A DNA stretch of 64,000 nucleotides, taken from NCBI RefSeq assembly GCF_000150275.1, contig NW_002060949.1, positions 1,485,836-1,549,835 of the forward strand, written 5' to 3'. A program made the translations under genes and the position numbers. This document shows positions 30,421 through 43,200 of this stretch, in pieces. The stretch's first letter is position 1, and every line of letters starts with the position of its first letter. Below the pieces are notes generated by a model. It was not told the DNA's origin and searched no databases. It saw only the letters and a program-made list of their open reading frames with translations. This stretch comes from Trichoplax adhaerens. Its lineage: Eukaryota > Animalia > Placozoa.

Positions 30421-30657
30421 GTTCATCGATTAGCAGCAACATCGATAGACTGCCATTCTACTCCTTGACCTCCAACTAACTTACTTGATAGTCCAACCTT
30501 TCAACTCTACTCTATAAAAAAAAATTGCATTTCACCAATTTATTACAGATTAATTCGTTCTCATCAATTGATCACTCTTGATTACTTTGATAGATAAATT
30601 CCACTTTACATAGATATATTTTTCTCTCTCTCTCCTCTATTGGTCCAGCAATAAGAC

Positions 30658-33600
30658 ATGGAATTACCATTGACAACGGATTCACATGATGCCACACAAT
30701 CAACTGGTGGTATCAATGGCGATGTCCACTTTACTCCAACCATGATAAGTCAAAAAAGGAAAAGACAAGATGAAGATGATCCACAACAGCAACAACAGGT
30801 GTTGGCAACCAATCAACCCATCGATTATAATCAATTACCGTTATGTAGTGGCCGATGGCTAGCTCTCGATACTCCCTTGACTGTCGAACAATTACGTGAT
30901 CAAGTACGTAAGCGAAAAAGTTATGAAAACAATCAAAGTATGCGAAAACGTTTACGAATCACAGGTACAAAATGCCAATTATTACAGGAATTACGCAGTT
31001 ATGATCATGCTAAGATGGACGCTATCAAAGATGAGATACAAGATTGGGATATCCATCAATGCTTAGATCGCTTAATAGCTTGCTTACATGATGAAATTGA
31101 TGAATACTATGTTGCACCATTACTGCGCCGTCTATGTAAATTGTTGCAAGTTTATCATGCTGATTTATACGCCGGCCAAGTTAAAGAAGAATTAAATGTT
31201 GATATGATTGGTATAAATCTTTTCCAGGAAGCTTGCTTTCGCAATTTAGATTTTATCTTATCTTGTCCACAAATGAACAAAATTTTATACCAGGATAAAT
31301 TAATCGCTCCTGCAGCAATTGCACGTCAGGTTAAAAATCATCAGCGTCAACTTGCTGTTGAACAAAATAAATTAACAGCCACACAAGCACAACAACTAGC
31401 AAGTGTTGACGATTTAGCGGTTGCAAGCGATCAAAGTATGAGCTGTTATAGCCTCTTTCCTACCGCTATCTTGACACGCATTGTCCGCGATCAATCGGGA
31501 AAATATGACCGCGATCGAGCATTAAAACGCATCATTCAACTATCTAAAGATACATTAACGCGTGAATCATGTGGTATGGCATTATCCGAAGCTGTCTCAC
31601 GAATTTGTCATTGCTATCAACTTAAAGATAAACTTCTCCAATATGGTATTCTTGAGTGTGCCGCCATCAATTTCAAGGATGATCCAATGTGCTCTCAACA
31701 CTTTGCCCAGTTTATGGATTCTCTCAATTGTAGCGATTGGCGTCAACAAAGTTGTGATACACTAATAACTGTACTGGAATACTTTGTCATCCCAGCTATT
31801 GAAGGCTACCATAATCATGTACTCGATATCGATTTTAGTGATCAAGCATTTTGTGTTGCTCATCGATTATTCTCCTCGCTTCAACAGCCACAAACTTTGG
31901 CCACGATTATGGAAAAAATTAGTGATAAACATCCTATTCTCAGTTATATGAAAGGCCAATTGAACGAAGATAGCCAAAATTTACGCGGTAAGTCCTCCTG
32001 ATTAATTTTAATTAAATATAAGACTAAGGGATTAAATATTTTTTTAGTTTTGTCTTTTTTTTGTTTTTCTGTTAATGCTCTTTACACATAGACACACACT
32101 CACTATAGATTACTCAATTTACCAGATAGTAAATTGAGTAATCTAAATTATCAATTTTTTTATATCTTAAATCAGCCTGACTTTTAATGAATATTACATC
32201 TTAAGAAGTAGTCTACCGATAGTTAGACTTCAATGTTAATCCAATCGATGGAAATTGAACTAGACATTAGGAGACACTTTAAAATATTTTATTTAACACC
32301 CTTATAATTAGACCGATCAACTTAACTCGTGATGTAGACATGAACATTTCAGACAAATTTTTTTTATAATTAGTGTCTCTAGCGCAATAATATTTTCTTT
32401 ATATGTTAATATAGATTGAATTAGATGGCGCAAAAAATAACATAAAAATAGAAATAGTCATCACAAGATTGATACATGATAGATTGGATACAATTTTGAA
32501 TATCATCAAATATTCATTAGCTATTTGTGCATAATTCAATTTAATATAGTAAATTGTCATGCGGCATTGTTCATATTTTGCCTTTCATGACTGAAACTAT
32601 GAATATATCAAAGTTTTATATCATGACATGAACGATGTTAGAAAATACTTTTTTTCTCTCTCTCTTTCATATTCACACGCACGCAGCTTCTCTCTCCCTC
32701 TGCATGCCTTACTTTTATAATTTAGTTCAATCAGTTTTTTTCGTCGCTTATTCCATCATTTCTAATTATCAACAATACCATGATAATATTGATGATTATT
32801 TCCATTCAATGGAATGGTTGTTTAAAGTTCTCGTCATCTACGTTGATGGCTGCTTTGCATTCTCTAAGTTAGCATAGCCCTCTAGCGAGATGAATAATAT
32901 CCTAGTTGAATGATGATTGTTGATGATTATGCTAACTAATCAATGATTGTTGTCTAATCATTAACTTGCATCCCATTACGTTAATGTTGACAATTTTATT
33001 ATAATGTTTTGTCTTGGTTAGCATTACCTTTATTGTTAGGTAGTTAACAATAGAATACAAGACAAGTTTATTATTGGTTATAGAATTGATTTTTCTCATC
33101 AGTTTAGCATTTAATCAAGTTAAAATTGAATTTTTAACTTGGACTCTATTATCCTATATTGTCCAGTCGAGTCAATTTGTTGTCTGGGTGTTTTTTTTAC
33201 TTCAATTCTATTTATCGTCTTATACAATTTTAACTACTTGAGTGATCGTATAAAGCTCGAATTGAAGGAGTTCATAAAGAATTGTTAAGTAATAACACAA
33301 GTGTATACAGGTTGTACTGTACTTCTCTATGGCCAGTAGAATGAGATAGAAAAAGACTATTTCTATATAGAATAATAAGAAAAGAGATAGAAGATGACGG
33401 ATTAACTTGTTTAAACCTGTTTGATCATGAAATTTTAAATTTTCTATCGGTTATTGCTTGTTTTTTCCCCCCCCGCTTGCTACTAGCACACCCGATTCCA
33501 CGCTTTGGAATCTCTTTTTACATTTTTCTTTAGCGTCTGCATAGTTAAAAAGATCAATCACGCGCTATAAAATACAATGCTAATGATTCTCATCCAATAC

Positions 33601-34530
33601 GATTTGACGTCCTTTACATACCTTAATTTAATATTATTCCTATTGGGCGGGACAATCTGCTCACACGATTTCTGATTCGAGATGAGCGAGAGCCTTAAAC
33701 GCTAATTTGCAATTAGTTTAGCGTCCTTTTCCTTGCATCGACCAATGAAAAAATTTGATTACTGTCATGATTGAAATAATCATTTCCATTGATAGTCATC
33801 TCCTACCGTAGCGTCTGTTGATTAAATCAAGTGTTTTATTATAGACAACATCATGGGGATAAAAAATGAGGTTAATTAAAATGAGAATACATCACTGTTA
33901 CAACAGTTAGGAAACAAATCGATTGTATTTCCCCCATGGTTCCTCTTTAAATTTACTTTTTTACCACGCTATTGTACTGACAGTCAGCTTGTATTCCATT
34001 CGTATTTTCAAAATATTACCGTATAAAATAATAAAATAAATTTCCTACTAGTTCTGTTTCCCGTCTTTAGTATATCCAGTTGTTTATAATAACTGTTCCC
34101 AAAGGGGGGGGGGGGGGAGATTTAGAGACAGAGAAAAAAAGAGAGAAAGTAAGAGAGAAAATAACGTTGACGATAAATTGATGACTGCTTTTCTTTGAAA
34201 ATAATCAGTACTCTATATTAGATTTGAATGGTATAGAATGACGAAATCAACTTATAAATGGCATTAGTCGAATTGCTTATCTAATCAAAATTTTTATTTA
34301 TTTCTATCTTATTGATGATAGGCATTGAATTAGGAAATACGATCGTAGAACACCTTGAAAATTGGTCTACACTTTCTCAAGACCATCCAATCAAATTGAA
34401 ACATCGTTGGTTAACTTACTCGGATAGTATTAAGAAGGAATTATCCTCTGAATTATTTATTCGTTTAAGTAAAATTTCATCCCCTAAAAGGCAAGAGACC
34501 GATTACCTATGTGAAGATAAACAAGCATAA
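30658..34530 (+). CDS. Uncharacterised 512-aa nuclear protein with an N-terminal SAP-like motif and a helical C-terminal region; two coding exons (30658-31987, 34322-34530)
   Basis: A 447-codon ORF ends in CGC G|GTAAGT, a perfect phase-1 donor. A polypyrimidine tract and GATAG|GC ATT GAA acceptor at 34321/34322 continue in phase into the 72-aa ORF (GIELGN...EDKQA*). NLS-like QKRKRQ, polyQ, and LTVEQLRDQVRKR...ITGTKCQLLQEL (SAP-like). Confidence 0.85.
32106..32145. repeat. Perfect 17-bp inverted repeat with a 6-nt loop
   Basis: TAGATTACTCAATTTAC-CAGATA-GTAAATTGAGTAATCTA. Confidence 0.95.
34104..34117 (+). other. G14 homopolymer (G-quadruplex-capable) followed by a purine-rich tract
   Basis: 14 consecutive G, then GAGA/AAAG-rich sequence to ~34160, about 200 nt upstream of the orphan gene's intron acceptor. 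Confidence 0.7.
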
Positions 34531-37500
34531 GAAATACCAGTTCTTACTATTTGATGTGTCATATATTATGCCTACCTTGACTTCAATTTGTATAAAGTGA
34601 AAGAGGGAATAAGAATGAGCTCTGGAACATTTTTTCTTCAATCAGCATAATTCTATTTGCCGAATAGAATAGAAATACGATAGGAAAATATATTTCAACT
34701 CTTGCCTTTGACCTCACATCAATCAACATGGATATAGTCATTATCATACAATCTTAATAGAATAGAGTTGACAATTGGACCTTTTTCTCCATGTAGCAAT
34801 CATGGATAGAAAGCAAAACTGCTATTTTTTAACTCTTGTACAAGCTGTAAATTTTTTCGTTATTGTATATTTTACACTATTCTATCTAACAAATAATGAT
34901 ATCAACATAAAATGGATACGTTTCTGTATGTACTATATAAATTATTATAGAATAACATCGAATCAATCACTGCCTTTTCTAATATTTTCAATCAATGTCA
35001 TGATTGCTCTTTACATTGTATAAAGGTTTTACTTCCTTTTTGATAGAATTTAAACTTTCACGGCTTTCTTATATTAACTCTATCAGCAATTGACTGACCC
35101 TTTTGAAGCAGTAGATTGTTGTCGCCAAAAAATCCTTTTGGCTATGTATAATGTTTCTCTACTGAAAAAGTGCAAAAACTTGTAATCAAGCAATATTGAT
35201 TATCCATAATCTTGATCATTTCTACTATTATAATTGTAAAATATGGCACTATACATCAGTTTTTTGATGATATTTGCTTTACAATTAACTCAGGTGAGAT
35301 TTTTCGATTGGCTTTGACTGTTGTACAGTCTCGTTAACTATTCGAAAGATCAAACTGTAGCTTTGATAATAAGCTGCGATATATTTTCACTCCTCCATTA
35401 TGTTTTTTTCATTTTTATTTAAAAAAACAACAGTCCAAAAATTATCGACCCAAATCGATCCCAATTCGCCTTTATTGTATGTAAAAAAATATCGACTCCT
35501 CACTCAATTTTATAAGACTTACCATAAACGTCATTTCACTCTTTGCTCAATTAAGTGGCAATTAAATCAATAAAAAAGATTTTCTATAAAACTCATGGTG
35601 CGAACTTCAATTTTGAATAAAAATTAATATTTACGGGAAAATAGCAACTTCAGTGTAGATAGCTGACATCTCCCATATTGCAGGAGAGCTGTAAATAGAT
35701 TTAAATCATAGAAAGGGGACATAATAAATATTTGACGATATTGGTAGTGGTCTTTAATCTATACTGTTAACCAGGAGTTAAATTTTAGTGCTGACAGTAT
35801 CTGTAAGCTACTTTTACTATGAAGTAAAAGACATTCTGCATTCCTTTCATATACGTAATCTTTCCTTCCGTATTTAGTATGATTAGTTGAAATTTTACGG
35901 GACAGTATTGACTGTAAATCTTCTTTTACTCATAGAAAAAAGTAGCACTATTTCTCTTGTAGAACTATAATGATGCAGTTAAGACCGAAAGTGTTTCTGG
36001 CAAGCTATAGATTTTACGGAATAAGATAAAGCTACATTTCTTATTTTCATTATCATCTAAACTTACCGTACCCATTTAGTGATTAATTACAGCTAACTAG
36101 TATTACAAGAGTTTCTAGATTTTCGTAATATGAACAAGAAAGAAATATTTTTCACTTTATTTTCTTAACATTTGGTAGTGGAACTTCTCTATATTATTGT
36201 GGTGTAAGAAAATTTTTACCACGTTACATTTAATAAATCGCCTTATGAGAGATTAGATTCATAAATAAGAAAGAAAAACTTACTCCGCTAGAACTGTGCT
36301 ACAACTCATCAAACTACAACTATTGGTAAGGATCGGTCTAGTAGCCGATATTGATAATTAATAGATGGGGAGTTAGTAACCTTGAACACCAATAGCTAAT
36401 AATTTCAATGACTAATTCGCTAATTTAATTCGTTGCTGTCATTGAAACCCTTAAATTATTTTATTCTAAGTACTGCCTAATGCGGCAAATTCTATCTAGC
36501 GTTGGCGAAAAATTCTTTTCCCACAAAAAATGTACATCAGAGCTTAATTCATTGATGAGCAATTTTATCGAACTAGTTAATTGTTAGTTATATTACTTTA
36601 TTCTATGCAGGGAAAATTTTATGCGGTCAATTTAATTTAAAAACGGAAAAAACTTCTGGAATACAGCACATGAGAATAATTATCTTAATATCCTAAATAT
36701 CGGTAATATATATTTCTTGTAATAGATTTATAAGTCTTTCTTAGTCGTCAGGAGACCAAGCGTACTCCATCTAATTCGATTTAGTAAACTAACTCATTAC
36801 TCTATGCAATAAAGCTCTTATTCAGCTTTACAGTGTTAATCGAAAGAATTTTTCTTCAAAATACGGCTATAAGCCCCACTCTTCCTGCCGCTATTATTAA
36901 TCATCTTTCAATAGATTTACTATAGAGATTTTATCATTTATTCTAAGGTAGGATATATTTAACTTTATGTTATAAATTTAATAATTGTATCTTCATAATA
37001 AAGTCACACGACATCGATGGGTAGGAGATCACTTTTGGCGTGAACATATTTCATTTTACTATCAGCTTGCAGTACACTATGAAAGGTACGATCAGCTAAT
37101 AGCAAAAAAATTATGTTTGCATCGCTGAGAAGTACGTTATTATAATTAGCACCTTGATGTTAACATTGATGGTAAATCTTATAATCGGCTTGTCGAAGTG
37201 ATAGCAAATGAAATTTTATAATGCAAGATTTTAATGACGAAAATGATTAAATTAAATAAAATTAGTGATAATAATTAACTATTCTTATTTCTAATGTCAT
37301 TGAATCAATGTTAGAAGAGCATATTAAATTAAAGTTTGATGTTTATTTCCATTGTTTAACTAATTGATTATTATTAATAATGTATTATATTGAAGACTGA
37401 ATAGTTATGACTGCCTAATACTTTCAATTAATCACCTTTTGTTGACAGATTGTCTTCTAACTGTCTCAAGAACGTAAAGAGTATTTTTCAAGAAATTTAA

Positions 37501-40284
37501 GATGTGATTAACGAATAGAAAATGTTCATACTTACTAAAAAATGAGGAATGAAAACATAGAACTCACTCTACTAAGAAAAAAGAGGTAAAAATCAAATTA
37601 GATCAAATATTGTCAATCTAACCAAATATATTCATAATCAAATAACTGCAACTAAGTTTTTCCTCTTTTGTTTTTGTCGTAATCCATCAATGAAAAGGTC
37701 TAAGCATTTTATATTGTCGCCATGTTTTTAAATTATTAAGTTAAACAATAGTCGACATGATATATTCAATGCTCTTAGCCCTGGTTTTATTATTATTATT
37801 TTGATTAAGTATATCGCTATTAATCCACGCTGAATAAGTTTTATGCTCTACAAATATCGGTTGGGTAATAACTTCAGGCTTGAAGATTTAAAGTTATCTT
37901 TTAACATTTTAGATTCGGGCTAACGCTTTAGGGGCCTTTTAATTAAGCTGCTTTTTCGTATACATGATCCTTGGAGCTAAAAATTAGAGAATGTAGTGCT
38001 AGATCCATAATATCTTATATTATAGAAGTCTTGTTCCGTTGATACTAGTGTGAGTAATTTGATTCTTTAATTTCGCTCTACGGAGCGCTAATAACCTCTT
38101 GTTACAACATTTACAATCTATTAGACTACTGCCACTATCAAAGGATTACAGTATATACGTATATTCGTAGAGTGTATTCTTACTGTTCTCTGCAGCAACT
38201 TATGTATGCATATATTTTATTTCTATAGGACATGTAAGATATTTTTTCATCTGGCTCAAGACAAAATAAAAATTTTAATAGTTTATAAGGACGATGAAGT
38301 TATATACAATATTTAAAACGATAACAATACTATGTTTCATTTTTATATTTCAACTGAGTACGTATAATATTTTCCTATCCTTTTTAAAAGGTTGCATGAT
38401 ATATTGTGATTAGAAAATTCTTCCTGGTCGTAAGAAACAATCAAATTGTATCACAATAATAATCGATTCATAGTTGCTGCAATAGAATTAATGCTGTGAT
38501 TTCATCTAGATTAAACTTTACTTGATACATTTGATATTTTACTAATCTTGTTTAAACTAAAATTATATTTAGCAACATGACATTCTTACAGGTGGTAAGA
38601 TGTAGTATGACAAAATTATATCTCAATAATAATAATAATAACAGCTGCTATAATAAAAAATATGAAGCTTTATTATATGGACAATCACAGTGAATAAGTG
38701 ATTTATTTTTTGTTATATTGTATGTTATCCTCCTTTGAAATATATTGATTGCATATTATATTATTTCTGACCGGAGACAACAATAAAGTTAAATAGTCGA
38801 CGTAATATCATGATATAAATTATCTGATTTTATGCTCTATTTATGATAGTGGTTATAATTCAAAGTCGTAATTTCTTATTCTCATGGATTTTATTTAAGA
38901 CTTTAATATTGTTGTCATTCATATTATGAAAGTAATAAATAAAATTGATGTCTTAAGCTTGAATCAGACTAATGAATGATATCTAATTAGAATGATAATA
39001 TATCGCTTTAATATAATATACTAGTATTACATAATGTCGTCGAACTTTTTTAATTAATCGAAGTAAACAAAAAATTGAAGGTCAAAATTTTTCTTGATTT
39101 CTCTTGCTGGGGTAGTGCCTCAATAAATATTTTTAAAACAGTATAAGGGTGCCTACAGTTAAATCTCATATATCTAACCTAACTTACGCTAATTCAATTA
39201 CAATAATTTTGTCGATTTCATAATATCTATCAACTCAATTTCTTATTTCCCTATATACTGTGAACAATGTGCGCGATTGACTTTCAAAAATGGCTTAATG
39301 ATTAAATTGTAACTACCTTAGTGGAGCAGATGTCATCCAATTCAGCCTATTTAATCCGGATTGAATGCAATGGCTTATTCCATGAAATATAACAATAGAG
39401 TGTGAACATAGATTGAATAATTGGAGCTAATAAATTTTTATGATATTTAACTTGCTCCTACGTATAATTAGTACTTTTCAAATTTTCAGCAAAACATCGC
39501 TGTTGGACACCACCACTATTAAGGTAAACATACGGTACAAGAAGATATTAACGGACAATTGCAGAGTACAGTATACAATTTAGTCATAGTGATGTAGGGA
39601 AACACTTCAATTTATTACAGTATTACAGTAGTTCATCCATGCAATTACCTGAAAGTAATGCGCACTGAATATAAATTATCGGTAATTACTACAATAGTAA
39701 AAAGTATTGATCATCATAATTGAGACTTTAGCGTCTATTACAGTATACATAGAAATATACAGGTATCGTATTTAATTTCAGTACATCTGCTAAATCTTAA
39801 CGTAGTAATTAGTAATTGATATAATCATCTTAAAGAATTCAATTATCATAACCGTGAATTAGCAACACCCTCTGCTTTGATATACTGTAACATAAATACA
39901 AGTTTCAAATTTCTTTTCTGAAGAGTCGTTGATCGCTAATAAAATAGAAACATTACGATATGAAATAAACGTAGGTGTACGCAAAGTCCATTAATAGCAG
40001 ATTTAAGGGAAAAGAAAGCGTTGGAGCTACAACTATCTGACCCGGTTGATCATAATTGAAACTGAATTATAATCACCGTACTGTATCATTGATTTCTGAT
40101 TAATATAAAGTACGACAACTAATCCCGAAGTACGTATTTGTATGTATTCTAGAATACGAGAGCATATAACGACTCAAATTGGGAACGGCACAATAAAATA
40201 ATTTTGTAACTTAAACTTAGTCAAAGATTTTAAGTAATGTGAAATTCTTTTGTTTATTTATACAAATCTTATTACAATCGTTTT

Positions 40285-43200
40285 CTAGCAAGATCGTCTA
40301 TTTTTTAGATCAACTTGATCATAAAAATGAAATCCAGTTTTTCGCTTCTTGTTTACTTCCTGTCTCTATAGGTATATTATTTAGACAATGTCAAAATCTG
40401 TTTTCATATGGCTAAGCATAATATCCACCGTAAAACTTATTTACAATGCCAATACCTTATATGGTTTATTAGAATTTCTCTTAGCACCTTTTCTATTTGC
40501 TTCTAATCGAGGTAGGAATCGAACAATTACGTACGGAAAGGAATAAAAATGTATACTACAAATACCTAGTCGCAAAAGTCATAGAAAATTTACTTTCATT
40601 TCTTTAATTAGAATCATACTCACTTGATGTTGTATATTCATCGTCTCTTATATCAGCTTCTGGAGAATCACCTTTTGCAACAACGCAAATAACATTGTTT
40701 TTCGAGTAGACTTCATACGTCGACGTTGGTCGTTTTACATTTGATATATCAGCGTCCAAAGGATCATTTATACTTTTATTACTAGATAGATCAGTATTCA
40801 GATGAACATCACCAGATAGCTCGGTATCGTCGTCGCCATCCGATAATGTGCTTGAAGTCTCACTCTTTTCATCAGTTTTAAGGTCGTTATCTTCTTTATC
40901 CGAAGGACAAACCTCAAGATTGTTCTCCATGCTTTCTAAAGTTGTATCCTTTAATGTAAGAACACCTTCAGAATTATCAGTAGAAATTATTTTATCGGAT
41001 GGAATGGCCTCTTTTGTTTCAGTGACCTGCTCGTCATCCAATTTCGGAGGAGAAACAAAATAGGGTAATTTACCACGCTGCCAGTCATTGAGAATCATAC
41101 GCGCAACCGAATTAAGATCACATTCTCCTCCCTGTTAGTTAAGGCAGAAAATAAGTGAAGTCTAGTTACAAAATCATTGGAGAGAACCTTTTCGGTACCT
41201 TTAATAGCTTGCCAGCTTTCTTAGCGATTTGCTCCAGGAAGTGTACAGCATCGTTCCAAGGCTGAATTTTATACGTGTTGAGTATATATTCAGGTTTGAC
41301 TCTATCCAGAACGGCCTGAATATATTGAGAAGGTTCCTTTACTTTCTCTACTCGAACCTAATTAATATGGAATAGGTACCAATAGGATAATTTAAGATAC
41401 TACGATTCTTAGATGTTTAGTCTTGTCAATTAATTACCAGAATATCTCAACTTACAACACCCTTAAGGATGATATCTGTTTCAGAGTCATCTGCAGGATA
41501 TACAACACCAGGACAATCAATCAAAAAAATTCTCTTCATAAGAGTGATATACTGCCACACCTGAAAATAATTATAGAATTTTTTTCAAAATTAACTATAA
41601 GTGGTGGATAATCGCCGTTTACTCTGTGACCCATTTCCTATGTATATTTTCTAAGCATATTTGTAGAATATTGATTATATACATACTTTAGTTTCTCCGG
41701 CAATAGGAGCCACGCTACAGACCTTTTTGGCTCTTAGTGCATTAATTACAGAGCTTTTCCCAACATTTGGATATCCGATAAATCCAACACTACAACGTAT
41801 GATCGATTTCATGATAACATAAGTATTACGAAATACAACAACAAATACATGAGTATTTAGAATTACCTGATTTGTTTTTTATCCTTATGAAGCTGTCAAA
41901 TGAGTACAAATTATATTAGCTTACTTCAAGTGGTAATAATGTTATGTGAATGCAAGTATGCATTAGACTTTCATAATTGCACTACGCAAGTCATTTTAAG
42001 AAGTCAAAGTTATAAAGGAATAGTATAGTATGATGTTAGATGAATATGACAACGAAATTAGTTACCTTCCCAAATTGACGCAGCACATTAATTAATGATC
42101 CTTTACCAAAGGGATTTGTCATACTAGCATGAAAAGCAACAGTTGGCTTTTCCTTCGATAAGATTCCAACCCAACGTGACTATGAAAAGTAATCAGTTAA
42201 ATCGGGAATAAGTAAATATGTATAATACCTAAACATGATCTTATCAAAAGCTGCTAAGGATCTGACGATTCACTCTAACTTCTATGTAATATAAAAGACT
42301 TGAAATGGTTTCTACTGATGTATAACTTACAGTTGCCCAAGTAGGTACAAGATCACATTTATTTAAAATGAAAATGAGATTTTTATGAGGCTTTTCCTTG
42401 GCGAGATAATTTTCTACATTCTTGCAGCGTGTTCCCATTGGATCTCTAGCATCCAAAACCTAATGAAAGTTCAAAGTGTTCACGTGCATTTACATGAATA
42501 AGGATATGTGATACCGGTTTTTAAAAAGGTAGAAGCAAGAATGAACGTAGTACCTCCGCTATAACGTCTGACGAATCGATCACCTATAATTAGTGAATAA
42601 GTGAAAAATAGTTTTAATTAAAAAGGTAGATGAGTACTTGATAGTTTACCGTTGTACTATAACTGCATTACCTTATAGAGTTCATTCCAAATACGTTTAG
42701 ATTGTCCAGCTGTAAATATCATCTCTTGAGTTTCATCTCTATATACATAGAATGTAACAGACATTGAGCACGTAATTTGAAAAGGCAAAAGAGCACTATA
42801 AACAAATATTGTCAGAATAGGATGCGTTTTTCTACTTTGTATCCGGAGTTGCACGTTCTAAATCTTTATCTTGATTAGCATCGTAACTATCTGTTATATT
42901 AATAAAGATTCTGTCAAAAAATAAATTCAAAAGATTTATTATTCTGTAGCAATTTACATACCGGTAGCCTTTTGAATTTGATCGACGTAACTCTGTATTA
43001 TTAATTAGGGAGAGTATAATCGAGGCAGTTAGTTTAAAGCACTAGTGCTTCGGTAATATAGTATATGCAATTTTATTAAATCTTGCCTGGAGGTCCTCTG
43101 ACTGTATAGAAGGCTTCTTACGACGAGCTTTTGGACCAAAGGTATTTTCGAAACTCTCTACATCAAGAATATGAGCTCGATTTTTCTGCTCAATAAATTA

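Noticed and set aside
31988-32001. Single-exon 447-aa model ending GKSS*
   Set aside because: A perfect GTAAGT donor and a phase-matched downstream exon favour the 512-aa model; the short form is kept only as a possible isoform.
40604-40625. GNL2 ending at the ORF-track stop (SSEYDSN*)
   Set aside because: A TCAA|GTGAGT donor splices in frame to two further exons carrying the conserved C-terminal motif.
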